DNA from: Azospirillum sp.
GTDB taxonomy: Bacteria > Pseudomonadota > Alphaproteobacteria > CACIAM-22H2
Direction: 5' to 3'
DNA: 64,000 bases
Assembly (NCBI GenBank): GCA_020249045.1
Contig: JADCGK010000014.1
Span: 2,650 to 66,649 of the forward strand
Below, one piece after another: positions 27,747 through 37,584 of the stretch. Positions within the stretch are counted from its first letter, which is position 1. Each line of letters opens with the position of its first letter. Position numbers and translations under genes: made by a program. Under the pieces are notes generated by a model. The model was given only the letters and a program-made list of their open reading frames with translations. It was not told where the DNA came from and ran no database searches.

Positions 27747-28749
27747 CGCGATGCGCCCGCGCGAGGCGGCGCGCGGTTTCCTCGACGGCCACGGCTGGGC
27801 CGGCATCGCGCCGGCCCCGCTCGCAGGCGACGCCAGCTTCCGCAAGTATTTCCGCCTCGTCGACGGGGCGCGCCGCGCCGTGCTGATGGACGCCCCGCCG
27901 CCGCAGGAGGATGTCCGGCCCTTCGTCAAACTCGCCGCGCATTTGCGCGCGCTCGGCCTGTCGGCGCCGCGCATCGACGCGGCGGACGAAGGCGCGGGCT
28001 TCCTGCTGCTCGAAGATCTCGGCGACGACACGTTCGCGCGCGCGCTGGCCGCCGGGGCGGACGAAGCCGCCCTCTACGCCGCCGCGACCGACGTGCTGGT
28101 CGCGCTGCACGCGCATCCCGCCCAGACGCGCGTCGACTGCCCCGCCTACGACGCCGCGGTCCTCGACCGCGAGGCGGCCTTGCTGCTCGATTGGTTTTTG
28201 CCCGAATGGGGCGCGCGCCCCGATGCGGCCGTGCGCGCGGCGTATTTCGAGGCCTGGGCGCACGTCTATCCGCGCGCGGCCGTCGGCGGACCGGCCTTGG
28301 TCTTGCGCGACTTCCACATCGACAATCTGATGCGCTTGCCGCGCACCGGGATCGCGGCGTGCGGCTTGCTGGATTTCCAGGACGCGCTGATCGGTTCGCC
28401 CGCCTACGATCTGGCGAGCCTGATCGGCGACGCGCGCCGGGACGTGCCGCCCGGCATCGCGCGCGCCTGCGTCGAGCGCTACCTCGCGGCACGGCCCGAT
28501 CTGCCGCCCGCCGCGTTCGAGGCGGCGCTCGCCGTCCTGTCCGCGCAGCGCAACGCGAAGATCGCCGGGATTTTCGTGCGGCTGTTCCGCCGCGACGGCA
28601 AGCCGCATTACCTCAAGCATATCGACCGGGTCTGGCGCCTGCTCGCGTGCGATCTCGCCCATCCCGCGCTCGCCCCCGTGCGCGCATGGTTCGACGCCCA
28701 CGTGCCGCCCGCTTGGCGCAGAACCCCGCCGATCGAGGTGCCGGCATGA
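27736..28749 (+). CDS. amgK: Aminoglycoside-phosphotransferase-fold kinase, AmgK-like (MurNAc/GlcNAc anomeric kinase)
   Basis: GDASFRKYFR, LLEDLGD and RDFHIDNLM (catalytic loop). Start overlaps the tsaE end. Sits in the conserved pairing with the following nucleotidyltransferase. Confidence 0.65.
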   Translation: MPLDAMRPREAARGFLDGHGWAGIAPAPLAGDASFRKYFRLVDGARRAVLMDAPPPQEDVRPFVKLAAHLRALGLSAPRIDAADEGAGFLLLEDLGDDTFARALAAGADEAALYAAATDVLVALHAHPAQTRVDCPAYDAAVLDREAALLLDWFLPEWGARPDAAVRAAYFEAWAHVYPRAAVGGPALVLRDFHIDNLMRLPRTGIAACGLLDFQDALIGSPAYDLASLIGDARRDVPPGIARACVERYLAARPDLPPAAFEAALAVLSAQRNAKIAGIFVRLFRRDGKPHYLKHIDRVWRLLACDLAHPALAPVRAWFDAHVPPAWRRTPPIEVPA

Positions 28750-29468
28750 CGACGATCGACACGGGCATGGTTCTGGCGGCGGGGCTGGGCAAGCGCATGC
28801 GCCCGCTGACCGACACGCTGCCCAAACCGATGGTGCCCGTGGCCGGCCGCGCGCTGATCGACCGCGTGATCGACCGGATGATCGAGGCGGATGTTCGCCG
28901 CGTCGTCGCCAACATCCACCATCACCGGGCCACGCTCGAAACCCACCTCAAAACCCGCCGCGACGTGCCCGTCGTGACGGTCCACGAACCCGATCTGCTC
29001 GAAACCGGCGGCGGCGTCTTGAACGCGCTGCCGGTGCTGGGGCCCACGCCCTTCTATTGCGCGAACGCCGACGTGCTGTGGTTCGACGGACCCAAGCCCG
29101 CGTTGCGCCGTCTGGCCGAAGCCTGGGACGACGCCAAGATGGACGTGCTGCTCTTGATGCAGTCGGCGGCGTTCGCGCGCGGCTACGACGGGCGCGGGGA
29201 TTATTTCCTCGATCCCGCGGGCAAAGCGCGGCGTCGGCGCGATCCGGAAATCGCGTCGTTCGTTTTCGCGGGCGTGCAGATCCTGCACCCGCGCGCGCTG
29301 GCGGGTTTCGCGCCGGGCGCATTCTCGCTCAACAAGGTGTACGACGCGGCCGAAGCCAAAGGCCGTTTGTGGGGCGTGGTGCACGACGGGTTGTGGTTCC
29401 ACGTCGGCACGCCCGATTCGATCGCCGCCACCGAACGCGACCTCGGCTGGACGAAGCCGAAGGCCTGA
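28746..29468 (+). CDS. murU: Nucleotidyltransferase, MurU-like (MurNAc-1-P uridylyltransferase)
   Basis: MVLAAGLGKRMRPLTDTLPKPMVPVAG. ATGA overlap with the upstream kinase gene. Confidence 0.65.
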   Translation: MTTIDTGMVLAAGLGKRMRPLTDTLPKPMVPVAGRALIDRVIDRMIEADVRRVVANIHHHRATLETHLKTRRDVPVVTVHEPDLLETGGGVLNALPVLGPTPFYCANADVLWFDGPKPALRRLAEAWDDAKMDVLLLMQSAAFARGYDGRGDYFLDPAGKARRRRDPEIASFVFAGVQILHPRALAGFAPGAFSLNKVYDAAEAKGRLWGVVHDGLWFHVGTPDSIAATERDLGWTKPKA

Positions 29469-29473
29469 TCCGG

Positions 29474-32383
29474 ATGGGCATCTCGACCATTCCGGCGGGG
29501 GCCGATTTTCTGGCGGCGCTGGCCCGCGGGATCCGTGGGGCGTTGGGCGACGATCCCGCGGTCATGGCGCGCGCGACGATCCTGCTGCCCAATCGCCGCG
29601 CCGTCCGCGCGTTGACCGAAGCCTTTCTGGCCGAGGCGGGCGGCAAACCGCTGCTGCCGCCCCGCTTGACCGCGATCGGCGACGTCGACGAGGACGAGCT
29701 GATCCTGACCGGTGCGGCGGCCGATCTCGACGCCGGGTTGCCGCCCGCCATCGATCCGACCGCGCGCGCGCTGACGCTCGCCGCCCTCGTCGCCAAGCGC
29801 GGGGATCTCGACCTGTCCCCGGCGGCGGCGCTCAAGCTCGCCCGCGCGCTCGCCGAACTGCTCGACTCGCTGCAGATCGAGGAAATTCCGTGGGACGGCT
29901 TCGACGGGCTGGTGCCGGCCGATTACGCCGACCATTGGGGGCGTACGCTTGATTTCCTCAAGATCCTGCGCGAAGCGTGGCCGCGGATTTTGGCCGAGCG
30001 CGGCCAGATGGATCCGCAAGCCCGGCGCGTGAAGCTGATCCGCGCGCTCGCCGCGCGGTGGGCGGCGACCCCACCGCCGGGGCCGATTTGGGCCGCGGGT
30101 TCGACGGGGTCGGTGCCCGCGACGGCGCATCTGCTCAAAACGATCGCCGACCTGCCGCAAGGCGAAGTGGTGTTGCCGGGCCTCGATCTCGCCGCCGACG
30201 CCGCCACGTGGGAGGCGATCGGCCGCGAGCCGTCGCATCCGCAATACGGTCTGCATCATCTGTTGCTGCGCATGGAACGCACCCGCGACCAAGTGCGCGT
30301 GTGGCCGGGGACCGCGCCGGGGCCGCGCGCGGCGCTGGCGGCCGAGGCGCTGCGCCCCGCGCAGACGACCGACCGGTGGCGCGCGCTCGCAGCACAGCCC
30401 GACGCGGCGTTCGCGGGTCTCGCGCGGATCGAGGCGGCCGACGGCGATTCGGAAGCCGCGGCGATCGCGCTGGCCTTGCGCGAGGCGTTGGAGAGTCCCG
30501 GCCGCACCGCCACGCTCGTGACCGCCGACCGGGCGCTTGCACGCCGGGTGTCGGCCAAGCTGCGCCGTTGGGGGATCGAAGCCGACGACACGGCCGGGGC
30601 GGCGCTCGACCGCGCGCCGCCCGCCGTTTTGATCCGGTTGCTCGCGCGCGCCTGGGCGGCCGGCCTGCCTCCGGTGGAATTGCTCGCGTTGCTGAAACAT
30701 CCGCTCGTGCGGATGGGCGAAACGCGCGAAGCCCATCTCGATCGCGCACGCGAACTCGACCGCGAAGTCTTGCGCGGACCTCGGCCCGCGCCGGGTCTCG
30801 CGGGCTTGCGCGCGGCGATCCCGCCGCACCGGACGGCGCGGCTTGCCCCCTTCGTCGAACGGTTCGCGGCAGCACTGGCGCCGTTGGCGGCGGCCGGGCA
30901 AGCGCCGCTCGCGCGTTTGCGCGCCCATATGGCGGCGGCCGAAGCGCTGGCAAGCGACGAAGCCGGGCGCACGCGATTGTGGGACGGCGAAGCGGGCAAC
31001 GCGCTCGCGCGCATGCTGGCGCGGCTCATCGAGTCCGACGCGCCGCAAGATCCGATCGCGGCCGAGGCGTTCCCCGATCTGCTCGACGAACTGCTCGCCG
31101 GCGCGGTTTGGCGGCCCCCTTACGGCGGCCATCCGCGCCTGACGATCCGCGGCACCATCGAAGCGCGCTTGGTGTCGGCCGACTTCGTCGTACTCGGCGG
31201 GCTCAACGAAGGCGCTTGGCCCGGCGAGGCGCGCGAAGACCCGTGGTTGTCGCGCCCCATGCGCGCCAAGATCGGGCTGCCGCCGCTCGAACGCCAGATC
31301 GGCTTGGCCGCGCACGATTTCGCCCAAGCCTTCGCCGGGGGGGCGGTGCTGCTGTCGCGCGCGCGCAAAACCGATTCGGGTCCGGCGGTCGCTTCGCGCT
31401 GGCTCGTCCGGCTCGACGCGCTGTTGGGGCGGGATTCGCGTTGGCTCGGCGCGCTCGATCCGGACAAGCCCGCCTGGGCCGCGCGCTTGGCCGGTGCGGA
31501 CCGCCCCCCGGCGCCGATCGCCAAGCCCGCGCCGCGCCCGCCGGTCGCCGCGCGGCCGCGCAAATTGTCGGTCACGCGGATCGAAAAGCTGTTTCGCGAT
31601 CCCTATGCGATCTATGCCTCGAAAATCCTGCGCCTCGAAGCGCTGGAGGATCTCGACGCCGACGTCGACGCGCTGGTGCGCGGCAAGGTCTATCACCGTG
31701 CGATGGAGTTGTTCGCCGGCGCCCATCCGCAAACGTTACCCGCCGACGCGCGCACGGCTTTGCTCGCGGCCGCGCGCCGGGCCTTCGAAGAATACGGGAT
31801 CGGCGCCGAAATCAGCGCCTATTGGTGGCCGAGGGTCGAGGCGATGGCCGATTGGTACGTCGATGCCGAACGCGCGCGCCGCGCGGACGGCACGCGGGTG
31901 GTCGCGGTCGAGGTCAAGGGCGCGCGCAACTTCGGCGGATTCACGCTGACGGCCAAGGCCGACCGCATCGACCGCGATGCGGCCGGCGGGCTTGTCGTCC
32001 TCGACTACAAGACCGGCGGTGCGTCCAGCGCCAAGCAGGTCGAGACGGGATTCGCGCCGCAATTGCCGCTGGAGGCGCTGATCGCCGAGGCGGGCGGTTT
32101 CGAAGGCGTGCCGGCAGGCGAGGTCGCGGCCCTCGTCTATGTCGGGCTCGGCGCCACGCGCCCGGGTTTCACGACAGTGGCTCCCGAGAATGCGAGCATC
32201 CCGGATTTGCGCGCCTTCCTTGCGCGCGCGCACGCCGATTTCGTCAAGCTGATTGCCGAATACGCCGATCCGGCCACGCCCTATCTTTCCCGCCCGCGCA
32301 TGCAATACGAGAAGGATGCGGGCGATTACGACCATTTGGCGCGCGTGGCGGAATGGTCGGCCGGCGGGGGCGGCGACGAATGA
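29474..32383 (+). CDS. addB: Double-strand break repair protein AddB (alphaproteobacterial type)
   Basis: 969 aa. C-terminal PD-(D/E)xK nuclease region (DRID..LVVLDYKTG). Immediately precedes addA, with an ATGA overlap. Confidence 0.85.
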   Translation: MGISTIPAGADFLAALARGIRGALGDDPAVMARATILLPNRRAVRALTEAFLAEAGGKPLLPPRLTAIGDVDEDELILTGAAADLDAGLPPAIDPTARALTLAALVAKRGDLDLSPAAALKLARALAELLDSLQIEEIPWDGFDGLVPADYADHWGRTLDFLKILREAWPRILAERGQMDPQARRVKLIRALAARWAATPPPGPIWAAGSTGSVPATAHLLKTIADLPQGEVVLPGLDLAADAATWEAIGREPSHPQYGLHHLLLRMERTRDQVRVWPGTAPGPRAALAAEALRPAQTTDRWRALAAQPDAAFAGLARIEAADGDSEAAAIALALREALESPGRTATLVTADRALARRVSAKLRRWGIEADDTAGAALDRAPPAVLIRLLARAWAAGLPPVELLALLKHPLVRMGETREAHLDRARELDREVLRGPRPAPGLAGLRAAIPPHRTARLAPFVERFAAALAPLAAAGQAPLARLRAHMAAAEALASDEAGRTRLWDGEAGNALARMLARLIESDAPQDPIAAEAFPDLLDELLAGAVWRPPYGGHPRLTIRGTIEARLVSADFVVLGGLNEGAWPGEAREDPWLSRPMRAKIGLPPLERQIGLAAHDFAQAFAGGAVLLSRARKTDSGPAVASRWLVRLDALLGRDSRWLGALDPDKPAWAARLAGADRPPAPIAKPAPRPPVAARPRKLSVTRIEKLFRDPYAIYASKILRLEALEDLDADVDALVRGKVYHRAMELFAGAHPQTLPADARTALLAAARRAFEEYGIGAEISAYWWPRVEAMADWYVDAERARRADGTRVVAVEVKGARNFGGFTLTAKADRIDRDAAGGLVVLDYKTGGASSAKQVETGFAPQLPLEALIAEAGGFEGVPAGEVAALVYVGLGATRPGFTTVAPENASIPDLRAFLARAHADFVKLIAEYADPATPYLSRPRMQYEKDAGDYDHLARVAEWSAGGGGDE

Positions 32384-35300
32384 CCGCCGGCGATCCGATC
32401 GAAGCGGGCCTCGCCAACCAGCGCGCCGCCGCAGACCCAGATTTCACGGTTTGGGTTTCGGCGAACGCCGGAGCGGGCAAAACGCACGTTTTGACGACGC
32501 GCATCGTCAATCTGCTGCTGCGCGCCGTCCGCCCGTCGGCGATTCTCTGTCTGACCTTCACGAAGGCCGCGGCGGCGGAAATGCGCGGACGCCTCGCGCG
32601 GCTCCTGGCCGAGTGGGCCACGTGCACCGACGCCGATCTGCGCACGGCGTTGCGCGAACGGTTGGGCCGCGCGCCCGACGACGCGGAAATGGCGCGCGCG
32701 CGCGTGCTGTTCGCCTCGGTCCTCGAAGCGCCCGGCGGTTTGCGCATCCAGACGATCCATGCGTTCTGCGAGTCCCTGCTCAAGCGCTTTCCGCTCGAAG
32801 CGGGCGTGCCGCCGCATTTCGCCGTCGCCGACGAGGCGACCGCCGGCGAGTTGCTGACCCGGGCGCGCGCCGCACTGGTCGCCGATCCCGCCTCGGCGGC
32901 GTCGCTTCGGATCGTCGCCTCGGCGGCGAACGAAGCGCGCGTCTTCGATTTGATCGATGCGGTCGTGGGCGAAGGGGCGAAACTCGACGCGCTGGCCGAG
33001 GCGGGCATCGAAGCGGAGATCGCGCGCCGCCGGGCGGCCTTCGGTCTCGGCCCCGACGACACGCCCGCCTCGCTGCGCGCGGCTTACGTGGCGGGCTTGG
33101 ACATGCCGGCATTGCGCGCCGCGATCGGGGCGATGGGGACGCAAGGCAGCGACGCCAATCGCACGCAAGCCGCGGTATTGTCCGCATGGCTCGACGGCGA
33201 TAAGGACGATCCCGAGCCCTGGCTGAAGATCTTGCTGACCGAAAAGGGCACGCCGCGCCAGAAATGGCTGGTCAAGAAATTCCAGGACTCCGCACCCGAG
33301 CACGCCGCCGTCCTGTTCGCCGAGCAACGGCGCGCCGAAAGCTTTGCGACGGCGACGGCCGCCGCGGAAATCCATCGGCGTTCGTCGGCGTTGCTGCGCT
33401 TGGCGGCGACGGTTCGGCACGGCTATGCGGCACGCAAGGCCGCCGCCGCACTGCTCGATTACGACGATTTGATCGCCAAAGCCGTCCGGTTGCTGGAGGC
33501 GGGCGCCGCCTGGGTCCTTTACAAGCTGGATGGCGGCATCGAGCACGTTCTGGTCGACGAGGCGCAAGACACCGCGCCCGCGCAATGGCGCGTCGTGCGC
33601 GCGCTGACGGCGGAGTATTTCGCGGGCGAAGGCACCGCCGCGCGCGGCCGGACCGTCTTCGTCGTCGGCGACGAAAAACAGTCGATCTTCTCCTTCCAAG
33701 GCGCCGATTTGGACGCGTTCGCCGCCACGCGGACCGATTTCGCGGCGCGCGCGGGGACCGCGTGGCGCGAGGTGCCGTTGCAGGTCTCGTTCCGCTCCGC
33801 CCCGGCGGTGCTGGAGATCGTGGACCGCGCCTTCGCGGGCGAGGGGGGGCGCAAGGGCGTGTCGCAAAGCGAGATCGCCCACCGCGCGCGGCGCGCGGGC
33901 GCCGGCGGACGGGTCGATTTGTGGCCGCTTTTCCTCGAGGACGAGAAGGTCGCGCGGCGCCATTGGGACCGGCCGGTCGATTACGAGGGGACGACGCACC
34001 CCTCCACGCGCTTGGCCACCGCGATCGCGTCGACGCTCGCGGCGTGGATCGGCCGCGAAACGCTGCCCGCGTTGGGCCGCACGGTCGAAGCGGGCGACGT
34101 GTTGATCCTGGTGCGCAAGCGCGACCGGTTCTTCGAAGCGATGGTCAAAGCCCTCAAGCGCGCGGGCGTGCCGGTCGCGGGGGCCGACCGTCTCGTGCTC
34201 GGCGCGGAAATCGCGGTCATGGATTTGCTCGCACTCGCGCGCTTCTGCCTGCAGCCGGGCGACGATCTGTCGCTCGCCGAGGCGCTCAAATCGCCGCTGT
34301 TCGGTTTCGACGACGAGGATCTGTTCGCCCTCGCCCACGGGCGCGAGGGCCGTTTGTGGCGGGCGTTGCGCACCCGCGCCGAAGAACGCCCGCTGTGGCT
34401 GCGCGCGCGCGAAACCTTGCGCGCCCTGCGCGCCAAGGCGGATTTCGCGGCACCCTACGAGTTCTTCGCGGGCGCGCTCGACGCGGCCGACGGCAAAGCC
34501 GCGATGCTCGCCCGCCTCGGCCCCGACGCGGCCGATCCGCTCGACGAATTCCTCGCCGCCGCGCTCGCCTTCGAGCGCGCGCATCCGCCTTCCTTGCAGC
34601 AATTCCTCGCGTGGTTCGAACGCGGCGGGGCGCAAGTGAAGCGCGACATGGAGGGCGCGCATGGCCGCGTGCGGGTCATGACCGTGCACGGCGCCAAGGG
34701 ATTGGAGGCGCCTGTCGTCTTCCTGCCCGACACTTGCGGCTTGCCCGCAGCCCCCAAAGCGCCGTTGTGGAGCGTCGATGCGCCCGCTTTCCCGCTGTGG
34801 TGGCCGACGGGCAAGGATACGTTCCAGACGTGCGCCGACGCCAAGGCGGCGGCGACGGCGCGGGCTCTCGCCGAATACCGGCGGCTGCTTTACGTCGCGG
34901 CGACCCGCGCGCGCGACCGGTTGGTCGTTTGCGGCTGGGCGAAGGACGCGGCCAAGCCGGAGTCCTGGTACACCACGCTGGCCGCGGCGATCGAATCGCA
35001 TCCGGCCGCCAAGCCCGACAAGCGGCCCGACGGTGCGGACATCGTCGTCGTCGAACGCACGCCGGTCGACGTGGACGCCGCCGCCGCGCCGGGCTTCGTT
35101 TCGCGGCCCGTGAACCCGCTCCCCGGTTGGGCGGCGGCGCGCACGGCACCGGCCGAACCCGAACCGCCCAAACCGCTGGTCCCCTCGCGCGAAGCCGAAG
35201 CGCCCGCCGCCGCCTCGCCGTTGGCGGCCGCGCGCGCGCAAGGGCTGAAGCGCGGCACGTTGATCCACCGTCTGCTGCAAACCCTGCCCGACCTGCCGGC

Positions 35301-35733
35301 CGATGCGCGCGCGGCGGCGGCGCGCCGCTTCCTCGACCGGCCGGGCCATGGCCTGACCGAAGCCGAGCGCGCCGAAATCGCGCGCGAGACCCTCGCGTTG
35401 TTCGAACTGCCGGAATTCGCCGCCGCATGGTCGGGCGAAGGCTTGGCCGAGGCCGCGATCGTCGCGCGCGTGGGCGGGCGGGCGCTCGCCGGCCGCATCG
35501 ATCGCATCGTCGTGACCGCGGACGCGGTCCACGTGATCGACTTCAAGACCAATCGGCCGCCGCCCGAGCGCGTCGAGGACGTGCCGCCCGCTTATCTCGC
35601 GCAGCTCGCCGCCTATCGCGCGGCGCTGATCCCGCTTTATCCCGACCGGCCGATCCGGGCGGCGTTGCTGTGGACATTCGCCCCCCGTTTGCAGGCCATC
35701 CCGGCCGCCTTGCTCGACGCCCACGCGCCGTAA
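32380..35733 (+). CDS. addA: Double-strand break repair helicase-nuclease AddA
   Basis: UvrD-type motifs (VSANAGAGKTHVLT, VLVDEAQDT, VGDEKQSIFSFQGA, MTVHGAKGLEAPVVFL) and a C-terminal nuclease (IDRIVV..VHVIDFKTN). Confidence 0.9.
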   Translation: MTAGDPIEAGLANQRAAADPDFTVWVSANAGAGKTHVLTTRIVNLLLRAVRPSAILCLTFTKAAAAEMRGRLARLLAEWATCTDADLRTALRERLGRAPDDAEMARARVLFASVLEAPGGLRIQTIHAFCESLLKRFPLEAGVPPHFAVADEATAGELLTRARAALVADPASAASLRIVASAANEARVFDLIDAVVGEGAKLDALAEAGIEAEIARRRAAFGLGPDDTPASLRAAYVAGLDMPALRAAIGAMGTQGSDANRTQAAVLSAWLDGDKDDPEPWLKILLTEKGTPRQKWLVKKFQDSAPEHAAVLFAEQRRAESFATATAAAEIHRRSSALLRLAATVRHGYAARKAAAALLDYDDLIAKAVRLLEAGAAWVLYKLDGGIEHVLVDEAQDTAPAQWRVVRALTAEYFAGEGTAARGRTVFVVGDEKQSIFSFQGADLDAFAATRTDFAARAGTAWREVPLQVSFRSAPAVLEIVDRAFAGEGGRKGVSQSEIAHRARRAGAGGRVDLWPLFLEDEKVARRHWDRPVDYEGTTHPSTRLATAIASTLAAWIGRETLPALGRTVEAGDVLILVRKRDRFFEAMVKALKRAGVPVAGADRLVLGAEIAVMDLLALARFCLQPGDDLSLAEALKSPLFGFDDEDLFALAHGREGRLWRALRTRAEERPLWLRARETLRALRAKADFAAPYEFFAGALDAADGKAAMLARLGPDAADPLDEFLAAALAFERAHPPSLQQFLAWFERGGAQVKRDMEGAHGRVRVMTVHGAKGLEAPVVFLPDTCGLPAAPKAPLWSVDAPAFPLWWPTGKDTFQTCADAKAAATARALAEYRRLLYVAATRARDRLVVCGWAKDAAKPESWYTTLAAAIESHPAAKPDKRPDGADIVVVERTPVDVDAAAAPGFVSRPVNPLPGWAAARTAPAEPEPPKPLVPSREAEAPAAASPLAAARAQGLKRGTLIHRLLQTLPDLPADARAAAARRFLDRPGHGLTEAERAEIARETLALFELPEFAAAWSGEGLAEAAIVARVGGRALAGRIDRIVVTADAVHVIDFKTNRPPPERVEDVPPAYLAQLAAYRAALIPLYPDRPIRAALLWTFAPRLQAIPAALLDAHAP

Positions 35734-35789
35734 GTCCCGGAAAGAAAAGGCGCAAGGCGGCGTTGCGCGCGGCGCGGGGCTCGCCCGCC

Positions 35790-35818
35790 TTGACCCGCCG
35801 GGCGGGGCTTCTTACCTT
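35790..35818 (+). promoter_or_regulatory. Candidate sigma-70 promoter of trxA
   Basis: TTGACC-N17-TACCTT, about 90 nt upstream of the trxA ATG. Identified by pattern only. Confidence 0.3.
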
Positions 35819-35907
35819 TCCCTTCGGTCCGCCATACCCCCCTTCCGAGTCGGCGGCGGACCGAAATCGTCATTTCCGCCTTCTCCCTTTCCGCACGAGG
35901 CGCCGCC

Positions 35908-36231
35908 ATGGCCACCACGACCAAAGTCACCGATTCGAGCTTCCAGTCCGACGTGCTCCAGTCCAAGGGGCCCGTGCTCGTGGATTTCTGGGCGGAATGG
36001 TGCGGCCCGTGCAAGCAGATCGCCCCGGCGCTCGACGATCTCGCCAAGGACATGGCGGGCAAGCTGACGGTCGCGAAGATCAACATCGACGAAAACCCGC
36101 AAACGCCGTCGAAATACGGCGTGCGCGGCATCCCCACGCTCATGCTGTTCGAGAACGGCGAAGTGAAGGCCACCAAGATCGGTTCGATGCCGAAGAGCGG
36201 CCTTTACACTTGGGTCCAATCGGTCATCTGA
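35908..36231 (+). CDS. trxA: Thioredoxin
   Basis: 107 aa. [14 protein letters not shown] active site and [11 protein letters not shown]. Confidence 0.95.
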   Translation: MATTTKVTDSSFQSDVLQSKGPVLVDFWAEWCGPCKQIAPALDDLAKDMAGKLTVAKINIDENPQTPSKYGVRGIPTLMLFENGEVKATKIGSMPKSGLYTWVQSVI

Positions 36232-36265
36232 ACCGGTTTCCCCGAACACGGGGGTACGCTTCGAA

Positions 36266-36309
36266 CCCCGGCCCGGACGCGCCGCCGTCCCGCGCCGGGG
36301 TTTTTCTTT
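36266..36309 (+). terminator. Rho-independent terminator of trxA
   Basis: GC-rich hairpin (CCCCGGC...GCCGGGG with an inner GGACG/CGTCC stem) followed by TTTTTCTTT. Confidence 0.75.
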
Positions 36310-36310
36310 G

Positions 36311-37573
36311 TCAGCCGTTTTCCGCCAGCACGCGGCCGCACAGATAAAGCGAACCGCAGATCAGCACAGGCACGTCCGCCGAAGCGCCGCGCGCAAGGTC
36401 CGCCACCGCCGCGTCGACCGACGCGGCTTCGGCGACGTCGCCGATGCCGCATGCCCTTGCCGCATCGGCGATCGCGCGCGCGGGCAGCGACAGGGCTTCG
36501 TCGGGAATCGCGATGGCGCGCAAGCGACGCACGCGCCCGGCGACGTGGCGCAGGAAATCGCCGGGGACTTTCGTCGACAGCATGCCGAAGACGAGGTCGA
36601 TCCGCCGCGCCGGTTCCCACAGCGCCAGCGCTTCGCCCGCCGCTTCGTTGTGCCCGCCGTCCAGATAAAGCCTTGCTTCGGGCGGCAAAGCGGCGGCCAA
36701 CGGGCCGCGCGTCAGGCGTTGCAGCCGGGCGGGCCATTCGGCGCGCGCCACACCTTGGGCGATCGCCGCGTCGGGCAGTCCCAATTCCTCGGCGCACGCC
36801 ACGGCCAACGCGGCGTTTGCGTATTGATGGGCGCCGGGCAAGGCGGGCTTGGGCAGGGTGCGGGATTTGCGGCCGCGGAATTCGAAGCCCGCATCGCCGA
36901 CGGCGAAATCCCATTCCGTGCCGTGGCGGCGCAGTGGCGCGCCCAGCAGGCCCGCGCGCTCGGCGAACACGCGCGCGGCGTCGGCCGGTTGCACGCCCAC
37001 CAGGCACGGCACGCCGGGTTTGATGATCCCGGCCTTCTCGCCGGCGATCGCCGCGATCGTGTCGCCCAGATACTGCATGTGATCGAAGGATATCGGCGTC
37101 AACGCGACGAGTTGGGGCCGGGGGACCAGATTGGTCGCGTCGAGGCGGCCGCCCATGCCGGTTTCCAGCAGCGTCCGGTCGGCCTTCGCTCGCGCGAAGG
37201 CCAGGAAGGCGGCGGCGGTCGTGATTTCGAAGAACGTGATCGGCGCGCCCGCGTTGACGCGCTCGATCTCGGCGAGGATGGCGGCCAGATCGGCGTCGTC
37301 GATCAACGCGCCCGCCACGCGGATTCGCTCGTTGAAGCGCACGAGATGGGGCGAGGTGTAGACGTGCACGCGCTCGCCCGCCGCTTCGCACATCGCGCGC
37401 AGATAGGCGAGCGTCGAGCCTTTGCCGTTGGTGCCCGCGACGTGCACGACCGGCGGCAGGGACAGATGCGGATCGCCGAGCGAGCGCAGCAGCCGGATCA
37501 TCCGGTCGAGCGACAGGTCGATCGCCTTGGGGTGGAGCGTCTTGAGCCGCTCCAGGATCGGATCGGCGGTCAC
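36311..37573 (-). CDS. folC: Dihydrofolate synthase / folylpolyglutamate synthase
   Basis: VHVAGTNGKGST P-loop, YTSPHLVRFNERI and ETGMGGRLDATN. A GTG start at 37573 is inferred. Confidence 0.85.
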   Translation of the reverse strand: MTADPILERLKTLHPKAIDLSLDRMIRLLRSLGDPHLSLPPVVHVAGTNGKGSTLAYLRAMCEAAGERVHVYTSPHLVRFNERIRVAGALIDDADLAAILAEIERVNAGAPITFFEITTAAAFLAFARAKADRTLLETGMGGRLDATNLVPRPQLVALTPISFDHMQYLGDTIAAIAGEKAGIIKPGVPCLVGVQPADAARVFAERAGLLGAPLRRHGTEWDFAVGDAGFEFRGRKSRTLPKPALPGAHQYANAALAVACAEELGLPDAAIAQGVARAEWPARLQRLTRGPLAAALPPEARLYLDGGHNEAAGEALALWEPARRIDLVFGMLSTKVPGDFLRHVAGRVRRLRAIAIPDEALSLPARAIADAARACGIGDVAEAASVDAAVADLARGASADVPVLICGSLYLCGRVLAENG

Positions 37574-37584
37574 GCGCGCGTCCG

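Noticed and set aside
36259-36269. tRNA-like T-loop strings: cTTCGAACCCC here, and GCGAATCC near 17675.
   Set aside because: No flanking 5-bp T-stem, acceptor stem or anticodon arm can be drawn. The first string is part of the trxA terminator region. I see no tRNA or rRNA genes in the window.
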